From Leucoraja ocellata (taxonomy: Eukaryota): a stretch of 64,000 nt of DNA. Position 1 is the first letter of the stretch. Every line of letters begins with the position of its first letter. Location: NCBI GenBank assembly GCA_036785375.1, contig JAWMAR010000076.1:7564001-7628000 (forward strand), read 5' to 3'. Positions 39,472 to 52,352 of this stretch are shown here, in pieces. The notes under the pieces are model-generated. The model was not told the DNA's origin, made no database searches, and saw nothing but the letters and a program-made list of their open reading frames with translations. The position numbers and the translations under genes are program-made.

Positions 39472-39671
39472 NNNNNNNNNNNNNNNNNNNNNNNNNNNNN
39501 NNNNNNNNNNNNNNNNNNNNNNNNNNNNNNNNNNNNNNNNNNNNNNNNNNNNNNNNNNNNNNNNNNNNNNNNNNNNNNNNNNNNNNNNNNNNNNNNNNNN
39601 NNNNNNNNNNNNNNNNNNNNNNNNNNNNNNNNNNNNNNNNNNNNNNNNNNNNNNNNNNNNNNNNNNNNNNN
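39472..39671. other. Assembly gap (200 N)
   Basis: Run of N. Confidence 1.
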
Positions 39672-40477
39672 GTTAAAGTGCACATTGTCAGATTTCATTA
39701 AAGGTCAGTTTTATACATTTTGGTTTCACCGAAATTACAGCTGTGTTTATACGTAGTTCCCCCATTTCAGGGCACCAAAATGTTTGGGACGCATGGCTTC
39801 ACAGGTGTTTGTAATTGCTCAAGTGTGTTTAATTGGCTACTTAATGCAGGTATAAGAGCTCTTTTCTCCAGTCTTTCCATCACCTGTAGAAACTTTTATT
39901 ACATGAGTTTCAAGGCTGTGCCAATGACAGTCAAAGAAGCCATTATGAGACTGAGAAACAAGAATAAAACTGTTAGAGACATCAGTCAAGTCTTAGGTTT
40001 ACCAAAATCAACTGTTTGGAACATTATTAAGAAGAAAGAGAGCACTAGTGAGTTTACTAATTGCAAAGGGACTGGCAGGCCAAGGAAGACCCCCATAGCT
40101 GATGACAGAAGAATTCTCTCTATAATAAAGGAAAATCCCAAATACCTGTCTGACAGATCAGAAACCCTATTGAAGAGTCAGGTGTGGATTTGTCAATGAT
40201 CACTGTCCGCAAAAGACTTTATGAACAGAAATACAGATGCTACATTGCAAGATGCAAACCACCGGTTAGCCACAAAAGTAGGATGGCCGGATTACAGTTT
40301 GCTAACAAGTACTTAAAAGAGCAACTACAGTTCTGGAAATAGGTCTTGTGGACAGATGAGAGGAAGATTAACTTATATCAGAGTGATATAAGTATGGAGG
40401 AGAGAAGGAACTACCCAAGATCCAAAGCATACCACCTCATCTGTGAAACACGGTGGTGGGGGTGTTATGGTCTGGGT
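39672..40477 (+). mobile_element. Partial Tc1/mariner (same family as 6366-7973)
   Basis: Colinear with ~6463-7260; encodes GLPKSTVWNIIKK, GRPRKT, WTDERKI and VKHGGGGVMVW. Confidence 0.9.
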
Positions 40478-41492
40478 GTTGACATGGATAGAAAATTGGT
40501 TGGCAGACAGGAAGCAAAGAGTAGGAGTAAACGGGTCCTTTTCAGAATGGCAGGCAATGGCGTGTGGAGTGCCGCAAGGCTTGGTGTTGGGGCCGCAGCT
40601 GTTTACCATATTAATTAATGATTTGGAAGAGGGAATTAGTCGCAACACTAGCAAGTTTGCGGATGACACAAAGCTGGGTGGCAGTGTGAACTGTGAAGAG
40701 GATGTTAGAAGGTTGAGTGAGTGGGCCGATGGGGGGCAGATTATTATCTCAATGGGGTTAGGTTAGGTAAGGGGGAGGTGCAGCGAGACCTGGGTGTCTT
40801 TGTACACTGGACACTGAAAGTTGGCGTGCAGGTACAACAGGCAGTGAAGCAAGCTAATGGAATGTTGGCCTTCATAACAAGAGGATTTCAGTACAGCAGT
40901 AAAGAGGTTCTTCTGCAGTTGTATAGGGCTCTGGTAAGACATCTGGAGCATTGTGTACAGTTTTGGTTTCCTAATTTAAGGAAGGACATCCTTGCAATTG
41001 AGGCAGTGCAGTGTAGATTCACGAGATTGATCCCTGGGATTGACGAGACTGTCATACGAGGAAAGATTAAAAAGACTAGACTTGTATTCACTGGAATTTA
41101 GAAGGATGAGGGTGGATCTTATAGAAACATATAAAATTATAAAAGGACTGGCCAAGCTAGATGCAGGAAAAATGTTTCCAATGTTGGGCGAGTCCAGAAC
41201 CAGGGGCCACTGTCTTAGAATAAAGGGGAGGCCATTTAAGACTGAGATGAGAAAAAACGTTTTCACCCAGAGAGTTGTGAATTTGTGGAATTCCCTGCCA
41301 CAGAGGGCAGTGGAGGGCAAATCACTGCATGGATTTAAGAGAGAGTTAGATAGAGCTCTAGGGGCTAGTGGAATCAAGGGTTATGGGGAAAAGGCAGGCA
41401 CGGGTTATTGATAGTGGATGATCATGAATGAATGCCGGTGCTGGTTCGAAGGGCTGAATGGCCTCCTGCAGTTATGTTCTATGTCTATGTTT
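40478..41492 (+). mobile_element. 5'-truncated CR1 LINE (RT to 3' end)
   Basis: Encodes [33 protein letters not shown] and RVVNLWNSLP; tail ttctatgtctatgtttct. Confidence 0.92.
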
Positions 41493-42252
41493 CTTTGAGG
41501 AGTTCCTGCAACATGTTGAAAAATTAGCAGCGACTAGAATGAAGCCGCCATGGAGAGTAGAGAGAATTCTCGTGCCATTGGTGGGTCGCCAGGAGGTCCG
41601 AGTGGGTCACCAGGAGATCGGAGGTTCTCGTAGGTTGTAATCAGTGCTGAATTTCATTGGCTCATTGGGGGGAAAAGGGTAGTTTTCAGAACCAAGGATA
41701 ACTGACCAGTAAAATGTTAAATGTTCGCCAAGCTTCACAGCCGTGTATCTCTGGCCTATTAAAGGTTGTCTCCACTCCTTCTCCCTCCATCTTTTAAAGG
41801 ACTTGCGTTAGCTGTCTTTTTACATTGCGGTGTGTGTCTGTTTCACCTTGGCTTTGCACCGTGTGAATTTTTTAGACAGCACTCTCCCCCCGCTTACCCT
41901 GTCTTCTGCCTGCATAACGGGCTGGTGAAGGAAGCAATATGTTTGTGTTCCACTCTGACATTCACTGTTCCAGTTGCTAGTTTTTCTGGCGACTGCTGGC
42001 AACTTGACAGTCGCCTACAGTCCGTTGAAAAATCACCTATGTGGGACAGGCCCATAAATTACTCCAGCACATTGCGTCTTTCTCAGTTCCAACCACTTGT
42101 AATCAGACATGGTTAATTTCCCACTTAGCTTAGCAGCCTTATTTATATGTTTATTGAATTTGCAAACAAACACAGTAAATTTAAATCGTCATTTGCTGTT
42201 TTTAATCTGGTTTTGCCCAAAGTCTTCCTGTTCCTTGATCTCGTGACATTTA

Positions 42253-43872
42253 CAGTGCATTCAGAAAGTATTCAGACCACTTCAGTTTTTCCACATTTTG
42301 TTACGTTGCAGCCTATATATTCTAAAATGGATTAAATTCTTTTTTTTCCACCAATCTACACGCAATACCACATAATAAAAAAGCGAAAACAGGTGTTTAA
42401 AATTTTTTACAGTAATTAAAAAGAAATAACTGAAATATCACATTTACACAAGTATTCAGACCCTTTACTCAGTACTTTGTTGAGGCACCATTGGCAGCGA
42501 TTACAGCCTCAAGTCTTCTTGGGTATGACGCTACAAGCTTGGCACACCTGTATTTGGGTAATTTCTCCCATTCTTCTCTGCAGATCCTCTCAAGCTCTGT
42601 CAGATTGGATGGGGAGCGTCGATGCACAGCTATTTTCAGGTCCCTCCAGAGATGTTCGATCGGGTTCAAGTCCGGGCTCTGGCTGTGCCACTCAAGGACA
42701 ATCACAGACTTGTCACGAAGCCCCTCCTGCATTGTCTTGGCTGTGTGCTTAGGGTTGTTGTCCCTGCCCCTGTCTGAGGTCCAGAACGCTCTGCAGCAGG
42801 TTTTCATCAAGGATCTCTCTGTACTTTCCTCCGTTAATCTTTCCCTTGATCCTGACTAGTCTCCCAGTTCCTGCCGCTGGAAAATATCCCCACAGCATGA
42901 TGCTGCCACCACCACCATGCTTCATCGTAGGTATGGTATTGGCCAGTTGATGAGCGGTGCCTGGTTTCCTCCAGACATGACACTTGGCATTCAGGCCAAA
43001 GAGTTCAATCTTGGTTTCATCAGACCACAGAATCTTGTTTGTCATGGTCTGAGAGTCCTTTAGGTGCCTTTTGGCAAACTCCAAGCTGGCTGTCATGTGC
43101 ATTTTACTGAGGAGTGGCTTCCGTCTGGCCACTCTACCATAAAGGCCTGATTGGTGGAGTGCTGCCGATATAGTTGTCGTTCTGGAAGGTTCTCCCATCT
43201 TCACAGAGGAATTCTAGAGCTCTGTCAGAGTGACCATCGGGTTCTTGGTCACCTCCCTGACCAAGGCCCTTCTCCCCTGATTGCTCAGTTTGGCCAGGTG
43301 GCCAGCTCTATGAAGAGTCCTGGTGGTTCCAAAGTTTCTTCCATTTAAGAATGACAGAGGCCACTGTGCTCTTCTGGACCTGCAATGTTGCAGAAATATT
43401 CTTATACCCTTCCCCAGATCTATGTCTCGACACAATCCCGTCTCGGAGGTCTATGGACATTTCCTTCGTCTTCATGGCTTGGTTTTTGCTCTGACATGCG
43501 CTGTCAACTGTGTGCCCTTATATAGACAGGTGGGTGCCTTTCCAAATCATGTCCAATCAATTTAATTTACCACTGGTGGACTCCAATCAAGTTGTAGAAA
43601 CATCTGTAGGATAATCAATGGAAATAGGATGAACCTAAGCTCAATTTTGAGTGTCATAGCAAAGGGTCTGTACAATTGTGTAAATGTGATATTTGAGTTA
43701 TTTATTTTTAATTACTTTGCAAACATTTCCCAACACCTGTTTTCACCTTCATTCTGGGGTATTGTGTGTAGATTGATCATTAAAAAAAAAGAACGTAATC
43801 CATTTTAAAATATGACTGTAACGAAACAAATGTGGAAAAAGTGAAGGGACTGAATACTTTCTGAATGCACTC
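42253..43872 (-). mobile_element. Full-length Tc1/mariner transposon (second family) with a frameshifted DDE transposase
   Basis: TA|CAGTGCATTCAGAAAGTATTCAG ... CTGAATACTTTCTGAATGCACTC|TA. Minus-strand ORFs encode [28 protein letters not shown] and [11 protein letters not shown]. Ends ~315 bp upstream of the gene B IgV exon. Confidence 0.93.
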
Positions 43873-44187
43873 TATCTCTCATAGCATATTTTTGTGCTTT
43901 AGTCCCACTCTGTTACTGGATATATCTATGCATCTCCTACAGTGAAGAGGGGCGTAAAATTGTGTTTAATGCCACAGTCTTTTCCTCATCCCCATTATAT
44001 ATTCTCCTGTCTTTGTCTACAAGAGCACTCTACAATCAAGGTATCCCTTGTTCCCTGAGTGTCATGTCATTGAAAGCATCTGTACTGATGTTAATCCTGC
44101 TCCCTCCACCGGTTAGTGCAAGAGTACTGGCTAGGATTTAATAATGGCTTGGATGGACTCGATGACCATCTATATCATTTGTTGCAG

Positions 44188-44517
44188 GTCACGTGGGGGT
44201 GAAGTGTGTGGAGGACCACCTAACTGTGAAGGTTGGAGAAGATCTTCTTGCCCGGTGCCATTATTCTTCCCCTGATGAAGCGAACAGCACTACTCTCAGT
44301 TGGACAAAGTTGGATACCATGACGATAATCTATAACTATTCAATCAGCCAGACAGAGCAAGATCCCAGCTCCCAAGACCGAGCTGAGGTTTTTGGCAGTG
44401 AAGGGAACATATTCCTGAGACTGAGAAACGTGACTCTTCTGGACTCTGGAATCTATGGACTTCGCGTTTCCAGTCGAACCCAAAGTAATGAGACCCACAT
44501 TATGTTAGGAGTAAGAG
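44188..44517 (+). CDS. Gene B (paralog of gene A) IgV-set exon
   Basis: 330-nt phase 1-1 exon bounded by catttgttgcag| and |gtaaga. Translation HVGVKCVEDHLTVKVGEDLLARC...SW...QTEQDPSSQDRAEVFGSEGNIFLRLRNVTLLDSGIYGLRVSSR is colinear with the gene A IgV. Confidence 0.9.
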
Positions 44518-46410
44518 GTAAGAGCAACAAATCTCTCCTTGTGTTTCTGTTGTATGTTGATATAAATATTTAATTAGATGGTAACATAATCGCAGTCCAA
44601 TAACCAACACTGTGCACTTCAACTTGTCTTTTCCTGATGCCCTGGAATTGATATTAATCTTTTTTGATCTTTGTGGAACAGTGCAGCATAGGAAAAAGAC
44701 CATTCAGTCTGCGATCTCTGTGCCAAACATGATGCCAATTAAATTAATCCTTTCTAGCTAGAAGTGATCCATATCCTTCCCTGCAGATCCATGTGCCTGC
44801 CTAAAACCCTCTTAAATGCTTTTATCTACTTCCATCACCACTGCTGGTAGCATGTTTCAGGAACCTACGTGCAAAAAAGCTTTCTCCGCGCATCTCCTTT
44901 ATATTCAGAGACAGTGTTCTTCGCTGTTATCAGGCAACTGAACCGTCCTCTCATCATTTTGAGAGCTGTCCTGATCTCCCATTTACCTTATTGGACACCT
45001 TTGAACTATCAATAATCAGACTTTATTTTGCACTGAATGTTCTACCCTTTATCTTTATTTGTGCACTGTGGACTATTTGATTGTAATCATGTGTAGTCTA
45101 TCTGCTGACTGGATAGCATGCGACAAAAAAACTTTTCACTGCACCTTGGTACACGTGTCAATAAACTAAACAAAGCTAAACTAAACTTTCGGCCTTTAAC
45201 CTTAAAGCTATGCCCTCTAGTATTTGACATTTACATACTGAGATAAAGACTGACAGACTACCCTACCAATGCCTTGCACACTTTTATAAACTTCTATCAG
45301 GTCTCTTTTCAGCCTTCAAGCTCCAGAGAAAACAATTCTAATTTGTCCATCCTCTCCATATAGCTAATATCCTTTAATCTAGACTGCACCTTCTCCAAAG
45401 CCTTCACATCCTTCCTGTAATGAGGCAACCAGAAATGCACGCAATGCCGTAAGCCTTCGTTATTACAGACCACTTTATACGGGATTTTGGTTATAGCGGA
45501 CGGACGTACCGATCTTCAATGCCAGGCCAGTCTGCCGCTGCCACCCCTGTCCTGCACCACCACCACGGCTGCCTCAAGGCCACGGTGGTGACCTTTATCA
45601 CCAGATGAACACCACCGTGTGACACCACCGCTGACCCACACAGCTTTCCTGGCTGCTTCCAGGCTGTGTCTGCACTGCTGCCACCACCAATGCCAGTTTT
45701 CTGCATTGCATCCACCCATGGGCTGCGACCAATAAATCTGCCAATCCTGGCCTCTCCTCCAGCTGGCAACAGGCTAGGGCCATCAACTCGCATGGATTCC
45801 TGGCCCAGTTCCAGACCGAGTGTGATGAAGGATCCGGCCTGAAACGTCACCTATTCATGTTCTCCAGAGATGCTGCCTGACCTGCTTAGTTACTCCAAAA
45901 AGTTGTGTCCTTTTGAGTAATAACCAGCATTTCCTTGTTTTTGAGGAATTCCTGCAATTCCTTGTTTCTACTATTTATACAATAATAATCCATTACTCGG
46001 TTATCTTGGACAATCAGCAATAATGGATACCATTTCCCCCCCGTGGTCCGTTATAGCGAGGGTTTACTGAAATCCAAATGCAACTTAACGGAAAATATAT
46101 AACGCTGCAACACAACTTCCTGACTCGTGCGCTCAATTTTCTGCTCACCATACATCTTCTTTACCATTTCATCTCGTTCTGTTGCTAATTTTAGGGAGCT
46201 GTGAACTTGAACTCCGAAAGTCTTAATACATCAAAGCTGTTAAGGGTCTTTGCATTTAACCTCCCGAGTGCAACAACTCACGTTTGCTCAGATTAAGCTA
46301 CACCTATATCCTGTATTTTTTTATTGCCATTTTCACTGTCCCAACTCCACCAATTTATGTGTTGTCGGAAAACTTACTAACCAGTCTTAATTTTCATTTT
46401 TGTATGTATA

Positions 46411-46727
46411 CTGGACCAAGGGGGACACGTTGGGTCCCGTCCCATCAACGCGCGGTTGCGGGGGGGATGGGATGGGGCGGCCTATGGCGTCACACACACT
46501 AACCANNNNNNNNNNNNNNNNNNNNNNNNNNNNNNNNNNNNNNNNNNNNNNNNNNNNNNNNNNNNNNNNNNNNNNNNNNNNNNNNNNNNNNNNNNNNNNN
46601 NNNNNNNNNNNNNNNNNNNNNNNNNNNNNNNNNNNNNNNNNNNNNNNNNNNNNNNNNNNAACGCTCATACTCACACGCATATATTCACACACTCACAAAC
46701 ACACACACACACATACACTCACAATCA

Positions 46728-46777
<50 letters not shown>

Positions 46778-47220
46778 CCATCCCCTTGTATATATGCGTG
46801 TTCAGCGGCCTCAATCCAGAGCCCGGGGGAAGGGTGGCTGGGCTACGGGCAGGGCGAACGGCCTGCCGAGTGTGAGTCGACTGCGAGTGGGCGGGGCCCC
46901 GGCGGGCGGGCGGCGGCCAAATGATTGCGAGTCGGGTGGGGGGGGGGGAGGGGTGACGTAACTCGCAGTGCGTGGAAAACAGTGCAGTGGGTGGCGCGAG
47001 CAGACCCATTGTGACGTCATCAGCTCGTTTATTTTCAATGATATTCCAGATTTTAAACATTTTCATAAATAACTCAAGATATAAAGCTCCAAATGTTTGG
47101 GTAAGCCGATTTTTGACTTCACGGGATAAAACTCCACAGGAATATGTAAAAATGTTACTGTAAGAGCGTCGTTTTTCAAGCAGTATGATTACACACGCAC
47201 GCACCCACAGTTTTAATAGA
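46411..47220 (-). mobile_element. Non-autonomous Helitron copy 1 (contains a 154-N gap and a CA microsatellite)
   Basis: Minus strand starts A|TCTATTAAAA and ends with the hairpin gggacccaacgtgtccc followed by ccttggtCCAG|T. Confidence 0.65.
46506..46659. other. Assembly gap (154 N)
   Basis: Run of N. Confidence 1.
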
Positions 47221-47222
47221 TA

Positions 47223-47674
47223 CTAGACCAAGTGCAGACCCGTTGGGTCTGCTCCCCCAACGCAGCCGTTCCCTACCCGTAGCCCCCACGGGAGACGTGG
47301 TCCTCCAACTAAAGTGGCTCAGGAATCAGCACTGCGGCTGTTTTTAAATGGCGTCTTTGAGGCGAGATGCGAGCGCCAGCAGCCATTATGGTCGCTGGCC
47401 AGCAGGAGGCGACAAAATGAGCGAGTGGGGGGGGGGGGGGGGGGGGGGGGGGGGGAGAAGGATTTTATTAAAAATGTGTACATAAACACGACAAAATTTA
47501 ATGAGGAGTGGATACTTGGAATGAAAAGTGAAATCTCTACCGAAATGGAAAAAATCAGGGCGTTTGTGGGTCGGTGTTGTCGTGGCAACGAATCAAAGGC
47601 TGGCAGCCACAAGCCAGAAACACACACAGCCACACTGCCAGACACACACACAGTTTTAATATTATATAGATAGA
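47223..47674 (-). mobile_element. Non-autonomous Helitron copy 2
   Basis: Minus strand starts A|TCTATCTATATAATATTAAAA and ends with the 8-bp-stem hairpin GCAGACCC-aac-GGGTCTGC, 7 nt, then CTAG|T. These are canonical Helitron termini with an A/T target. Confidence 0.8.
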
Positions 47675-49182
47675 TGATATATATATATATATACAAGCAG
47701 CAGACAAACCGGCAGTGACCCCTAAGGTCCCAGTACTGATCCTTCAATAAACACCTTTTAAAAATAAAAGTCATTATCACACTGCTACTTAAACGTTGTG
47801 ATTCCTGAATTAGAGCAGTGGCCGCTGGTGGTAATGTTATACCACCTTCAAGCTCTTGGGTGTCACCATGCAAAATACGTCATTTCAAAAACACTTTAGA
47901 CCTGCTTAACTGTGATGTCTTTCAGCCTCCTCCATTGTTTCAGGCATTGAATTTCAGGTGCCAGCCACCTTCTGGGTGAGAAGAACTGTTTCACCTGGCT
48001 TTTTAACCTTCTACAAATTACATTTACTCTTTCCTCCCAGGTTTTTAGCAGCAGGACTTGTTTAGTCTGTCTAAATGCTTTGTGACTGTATATAGCTCAA
48101 CTATCTTCTCTGCCAAACAACAACCTATCCGCTATTCCTCATAGCTACTATTTCCTACTCCTCGTAACAGACTCATGACTCTGTGCACCTGCTCCAGTGC
48201 AATCATATCTTATCTTTAATGTGATCAGAAATGTAGGCAGTACTCGGGCTGCGGTCTCACCAGTGTTGTATACAGTTCCAGCATAACCTTCCTATTCCTA
48301 TACTCAATTTCTTGGTTAATTTTGCATGCTGTCATCTTGGTTTTGGTATTGGTTTATTGTTGTCAGCTGTACTGAATTACAGTGAAAAACTCTTCTGTCC
48401 AGATTTTGACTGTAGCAGAATCTACATACAGGTTGGAATGTACTTCCAACCTGAGCCATCTGCCAGGCAAGCAGAGACGTTAACATTGTTTAATACTGAG
48501 TCACGTTGAAATGAAGAGGATTCCAGGAGCATGGGAATGATTAGCAGCAGTCTCCTGTCTCAGTCATGTTGTTACTGGATACATCTAATAGATACCTAAC
48601 CACAGACCTCTAGTAGCTCATTCTCTGGCATGATACAGTCATATGAGGGTTTATGATCTCGACAAATTGCTACAGCATGAGAGGCCGCTCACCAACCAAG
48701 TCCCTGCTGGCCCTTGAAGTGTAATCCTGTCACACCCATTCCGCTGGTCTTTCACTGCAACCTTGCAAGGTATTTCCTTCATGCCATCCAGTTCCCTTCC
48801 ACAATCCCTGATTGACCTTGCTCCTCACCCCCACCCTCTGCCTCCTTTGTTTGACAGGGCGTATGTTCCAGCTCATTACCCTTCTCCGTATAAAAATAAT
48901 TCATGTCCCATTGCCCTTGTATCTTTTGTTCCAAATCTATGATTTATAGTCGCCGCTGTGAGCGGCCAGATGTATAGGCCCTCTCGTCGACACGGTAAGT
49001 CCTGGATCGGTGCTTCCCTACCGGAGACCGCGGCTTCAGGATGTTGTAGGCCGGCAGTCGGAGCTTCTCCGGGGATCCTCGGCGATGAAATGTCCATGTT
49101 GCACCCGCTACTGAAACTCTGGGCCCGACTCCAGGAAAGGCCGCACCAATCCATGGTGTTAGGCCGCAAATTGGAGCATTAA

Positions 49183-49460
49183 TCCCTCCCCCACCCAAGT
49201 CATCGTACTAGTTTCACTGTTGTCCTGATGAGTTTCAATGTAGGACAACAGTGAAACTAGTACGATGACTAGGGTGGGGGAGGGACGGAGAGAGATGCAA
49301 GGATTACTTGGTTAGATTAATCGATATTCATACTGCTGGGTTGTAAGCTGCCCAAACAAAATATGAGATGCTGCTCCTCCAATTTGCATTTGACCTCACT
49401 CTGACAATGAAGGTGGCCAAGACAGAAAGGTCAGTGTGGGAACAGGAAGGGAAGTTAAAG
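49183..49460 (-). mobile_element. Penelope 3' fragment with a terminal inverted duplication (44-bp stem hairpin at 49183-49285)
   Basis: Minus strand encodes KLEEQHLIFCLGSLQPSSMNI; arms 49183-49226 and 49242-49285 differ by one mismatch. Confidence 0.8.
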
Positions 49461-49568
49461 TGTGGTGGCATGTGTTTTCAAGCTTTTGAATCTTCTGCGT
49501 GATGGGAGGGGGGGAGAGCAAAGATGACCAGGGTGTGAGTGTTACAGATGTTTGTTCTTCCTCTTCAG

Positions 49569-49853
49569 CCATTGGTGAACCACCAGTCATTCGTTCCCAC
49601 GTGACCGACCAGGGCCTCTCTGTGCTGGTGTGTGAATCTTCTGGGTGGTTCCCAGAGCCGTCGGTGACCTGGGAGAACGGGCTGGGAATACAGCTGACCG
49701 AGCACGCCCACACAGAGAACCTGAACAGTACAGATGGCAGCATCCGAATGAGGAGCGTGCTGAGCCTGGGCCATGGGCCCATTAACAACTACACCTGCAC
49801 CATGAGGGATCGCCACCTGAACGAGACAGTGTCCTTCGTGTTTGTGATTCTGT
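49569..49853 (+). CDS. Gene B IgC exon
   Basis: 285-nt phase 1-1 exon bounded by ttcttcctcttcag| and |gtgagtatgg (same donor context as gene A). Translation AIGEPPVI...VLVCESSGWFPEPSVTWENGLG...NYTCTM. Confidence 0.92.
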
Positions 49854-49899
49854 GTGAGTATGGAAGCAAGTTCTTTAACGGTGCCTGAAATTTAGTTTA

Positions 49900-50178
49900 A
49901 TTTTAGTTTAGAGATACCTGTGCGGAAACAGGCCCTTCTGTGTGCTGACCAGCGATCCCCACACACTTAAACTAACCTACACACACCAGGGATAATTTAC
50001 AATTATACAAAGCAAATTAACCTACAAACCTGTATGTCTTTGTCGTGTGGGAGGATACCGGAGAAAACCCACGCAGGTCACAGGGAGAACGTAGAAACTG
50101 TACAGACAGTCACCCGTAGTCAGGATAGAATCGGGTCTCTGGCGCTGCAGGGCAGCAGCTCTACCGCTGTGCCGCCCT
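49900..50178 (-). mobile_element. HE1-like tRNA-derived (V-)SINE
   Basis: Minus-strand 5' end gggcggcacagcggtagagctgctgcc with a B-box-like region; 3' tail shared with HER1 (gaagggcctgtttcc..atctctaaactaaa). Confidence 0.8.
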
Positions 50179-50897
50179 GAATGGCGCTGAAATGGTCGTC
50201 CTCTTTCTCTGCCGCGCATTCTTCAGCATTTCAACTAGTGAAGTGCAGGCTGCATCAAGGTGGTGTCGCTTTGGGTGAAAGAGGAATGTTTTTGTTTGCT
50301 GCTCAATGTACACAAACCTGGGAGGAGGAGGAGAGCTGGTGTATTCCGTCTGCTGCTGCAGTCATTGCAAATGGTAATAGTTGGGTGCAGGGACTGGCCG
50401 TGGGAGAGCAGGAAATTTGTGAGGGGTCAAGTGGTTTGGTGAGTTCCCTGCAGGGAAGTCTGAGGTATGTACTTGGGATTGAGTGATCAAGTGTCAGAAA
50501 GATTCTGAATTAGTTGAGATGAAGGATTAGCTGTGATCCCAAAGGGGCAGAACAAGCTCATGGGGCTGCATGCTCTCTTATTAGACAGGGCCTGGCTGTT
50601 TTTAACCGTTTGAGAGGGGTAATATTTATTTTCCTCCCATCTCATGCTCTCCAAGTCACATTACCCTGATGTAAATATATAGCTCTTATATATAACCATC
50701 ACTGCAAATCCCAGAACTCTGTCAGCGGAAGCACCTTCACCAGAAGGACTACAGCGGTTCACCCTTCTCTCTCTCTCTCAGTCCTGCAATTTGTTACATA
50801 GTTTGTTTTGTTTGATGTTCAATGGGCAAAATGGAAGGAGGAACTGTTGAGTCAGGAAGATGGGGCAGGTTGAGCACAGAGCCGATTAATGGAGAGG

Positions 50898-51080
50898 TTT
50901 AGTTTAGTTTAAAGATACAGACCTTTCGTCCCACCGAGCCTGCGTCGACCAGCGATCCCCATACATTAGCACCACTCTACACATTAGGGACAATTTACAA
51001 TTTTTACCGGCCAATTAACCTACAAACTGGTGTGTCTATGGAATGTGGGAGGAAACCGGAGCACCCTGGGAAAACCCAAG
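50898..51080 (-). mobile_element. HE1-like SINE fragment
   Basis: Same core as 49900. Confidence 0.75.
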
Positions 51081-52352
51081 TCTAGGTTTAGAGCAAATTA
51101 TAAATGTTTTAAAATAACAAGTATCAGAGATTTAAAAACAGCTGCGGATTGCGAAAAAAACATCAGTTAACATAAGCAAGGAGGAGGCAGCTTCGCCCAC
51201 TGCATTTCCACATCACAGCACAAGCCAGTATCCACTGAAATGCAGTGAAAGTGTGGCAGAGGGAAATATGCTGCCTTCTTGAATCACTGGGGTTTTTCTG
51301 GTGAAGGAGCTCTCACTGTTGGGGGGGGGAATCCAGGGCTTAGACCTGATTAAGTAATGGTGATGTCGTAACAAGTCAGGATGGAATGCAACTGGAAGGA
51401 GAACATACATCTGCTGCATCTTGTCCTTCTTGGTTGTAGATGTGGGAGTTGCTGCAGGAGATGTCTGTGATAATACCTGCAGTGCACTCTATAGATGATG
51501 CATACTGCAGCCATGTTGCACTGGTAATGAGAATGTTTGGGTTGGGTAATAGGGTGACGACTGAGTGGACTATTCTGTCCTGCGATAGACACAAAATGCT
51601 GGAGAAACTCTGCGGGTCAGGCAGCACCTCCAGAGAAAATGGATAGATGACGTCAAACAAAAAGTCACATGTCCAGTTTCTCCAGAGATGCTGCCAGACC
51701 TGCTGAGTTACTCTAGCGATTTGGGTCTATCTTTGGTATAAACCAGCATCTCCAGTTCATTTTTATTACATTATTATTATTTTGCCCTCTGTAGTGCTGA
51801 ATTTCTCAAGAGTTGTTCGAGCTGCATTCATCAATGACTAGTGCGAGTATTCCAGCATATTCCTGTGCCTTATGGCGGTTGAAAAGACTTGTTTCAGGAG
51901 TGAGTAACTCTCACCAGACACCAGCCTCTGACTTCCTCTTGTGACCGCAGTATATATGTGGCTGATCCAGTTGGGCTTCTTCCAGTGGCACCCTGCAGGA
52001 TGTTGATGGTTGAGAACTCGTGAGACTCTGTGTTGCCAAGCCAACCTTATGCTCAGCCACAATGTACTTGACTGAGTTGCGATTTGACAATGACTGGCCT
52101 GGCCTCTCTCTTGGCTAACGTCAAGAGCATTCCTCTGGTACTGTGCCACCAATTGACGAGCCTCAACCAGTTCTCCTGGAAACAGTGAGAGCCAACCCAG
52201 GAGGGTGACTCTGGCCAAGATATCTCTGTGGCCTGATTTTAATTTAAGTGTAAGTTATTTATGTGGTTTAAAAAATGCTGGTGTACTCAACAGTTTCTGT
52301 GCTTCATAGTCATGTAATATTTATATTTAAATTCTCTGCCCACCCCTCCCAG

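Noticed and set aside
44064-44141. MSLKASVLMLILLPPPVSAR as the gene B signal peptide
   Set aside because: The available donors (ccg|gttagt, aga|gtactg) are phase 0 while the IgV exon needs phase 1, and the unspliced frame stops before the exon.
49225-49257. CTGATGAG...GAAAC inside the hairpin as another hammerhead
   Set aside because: No convincing stem II forms between the cores, and the GAAAC is just the inverted copy of gtttc in the stem.
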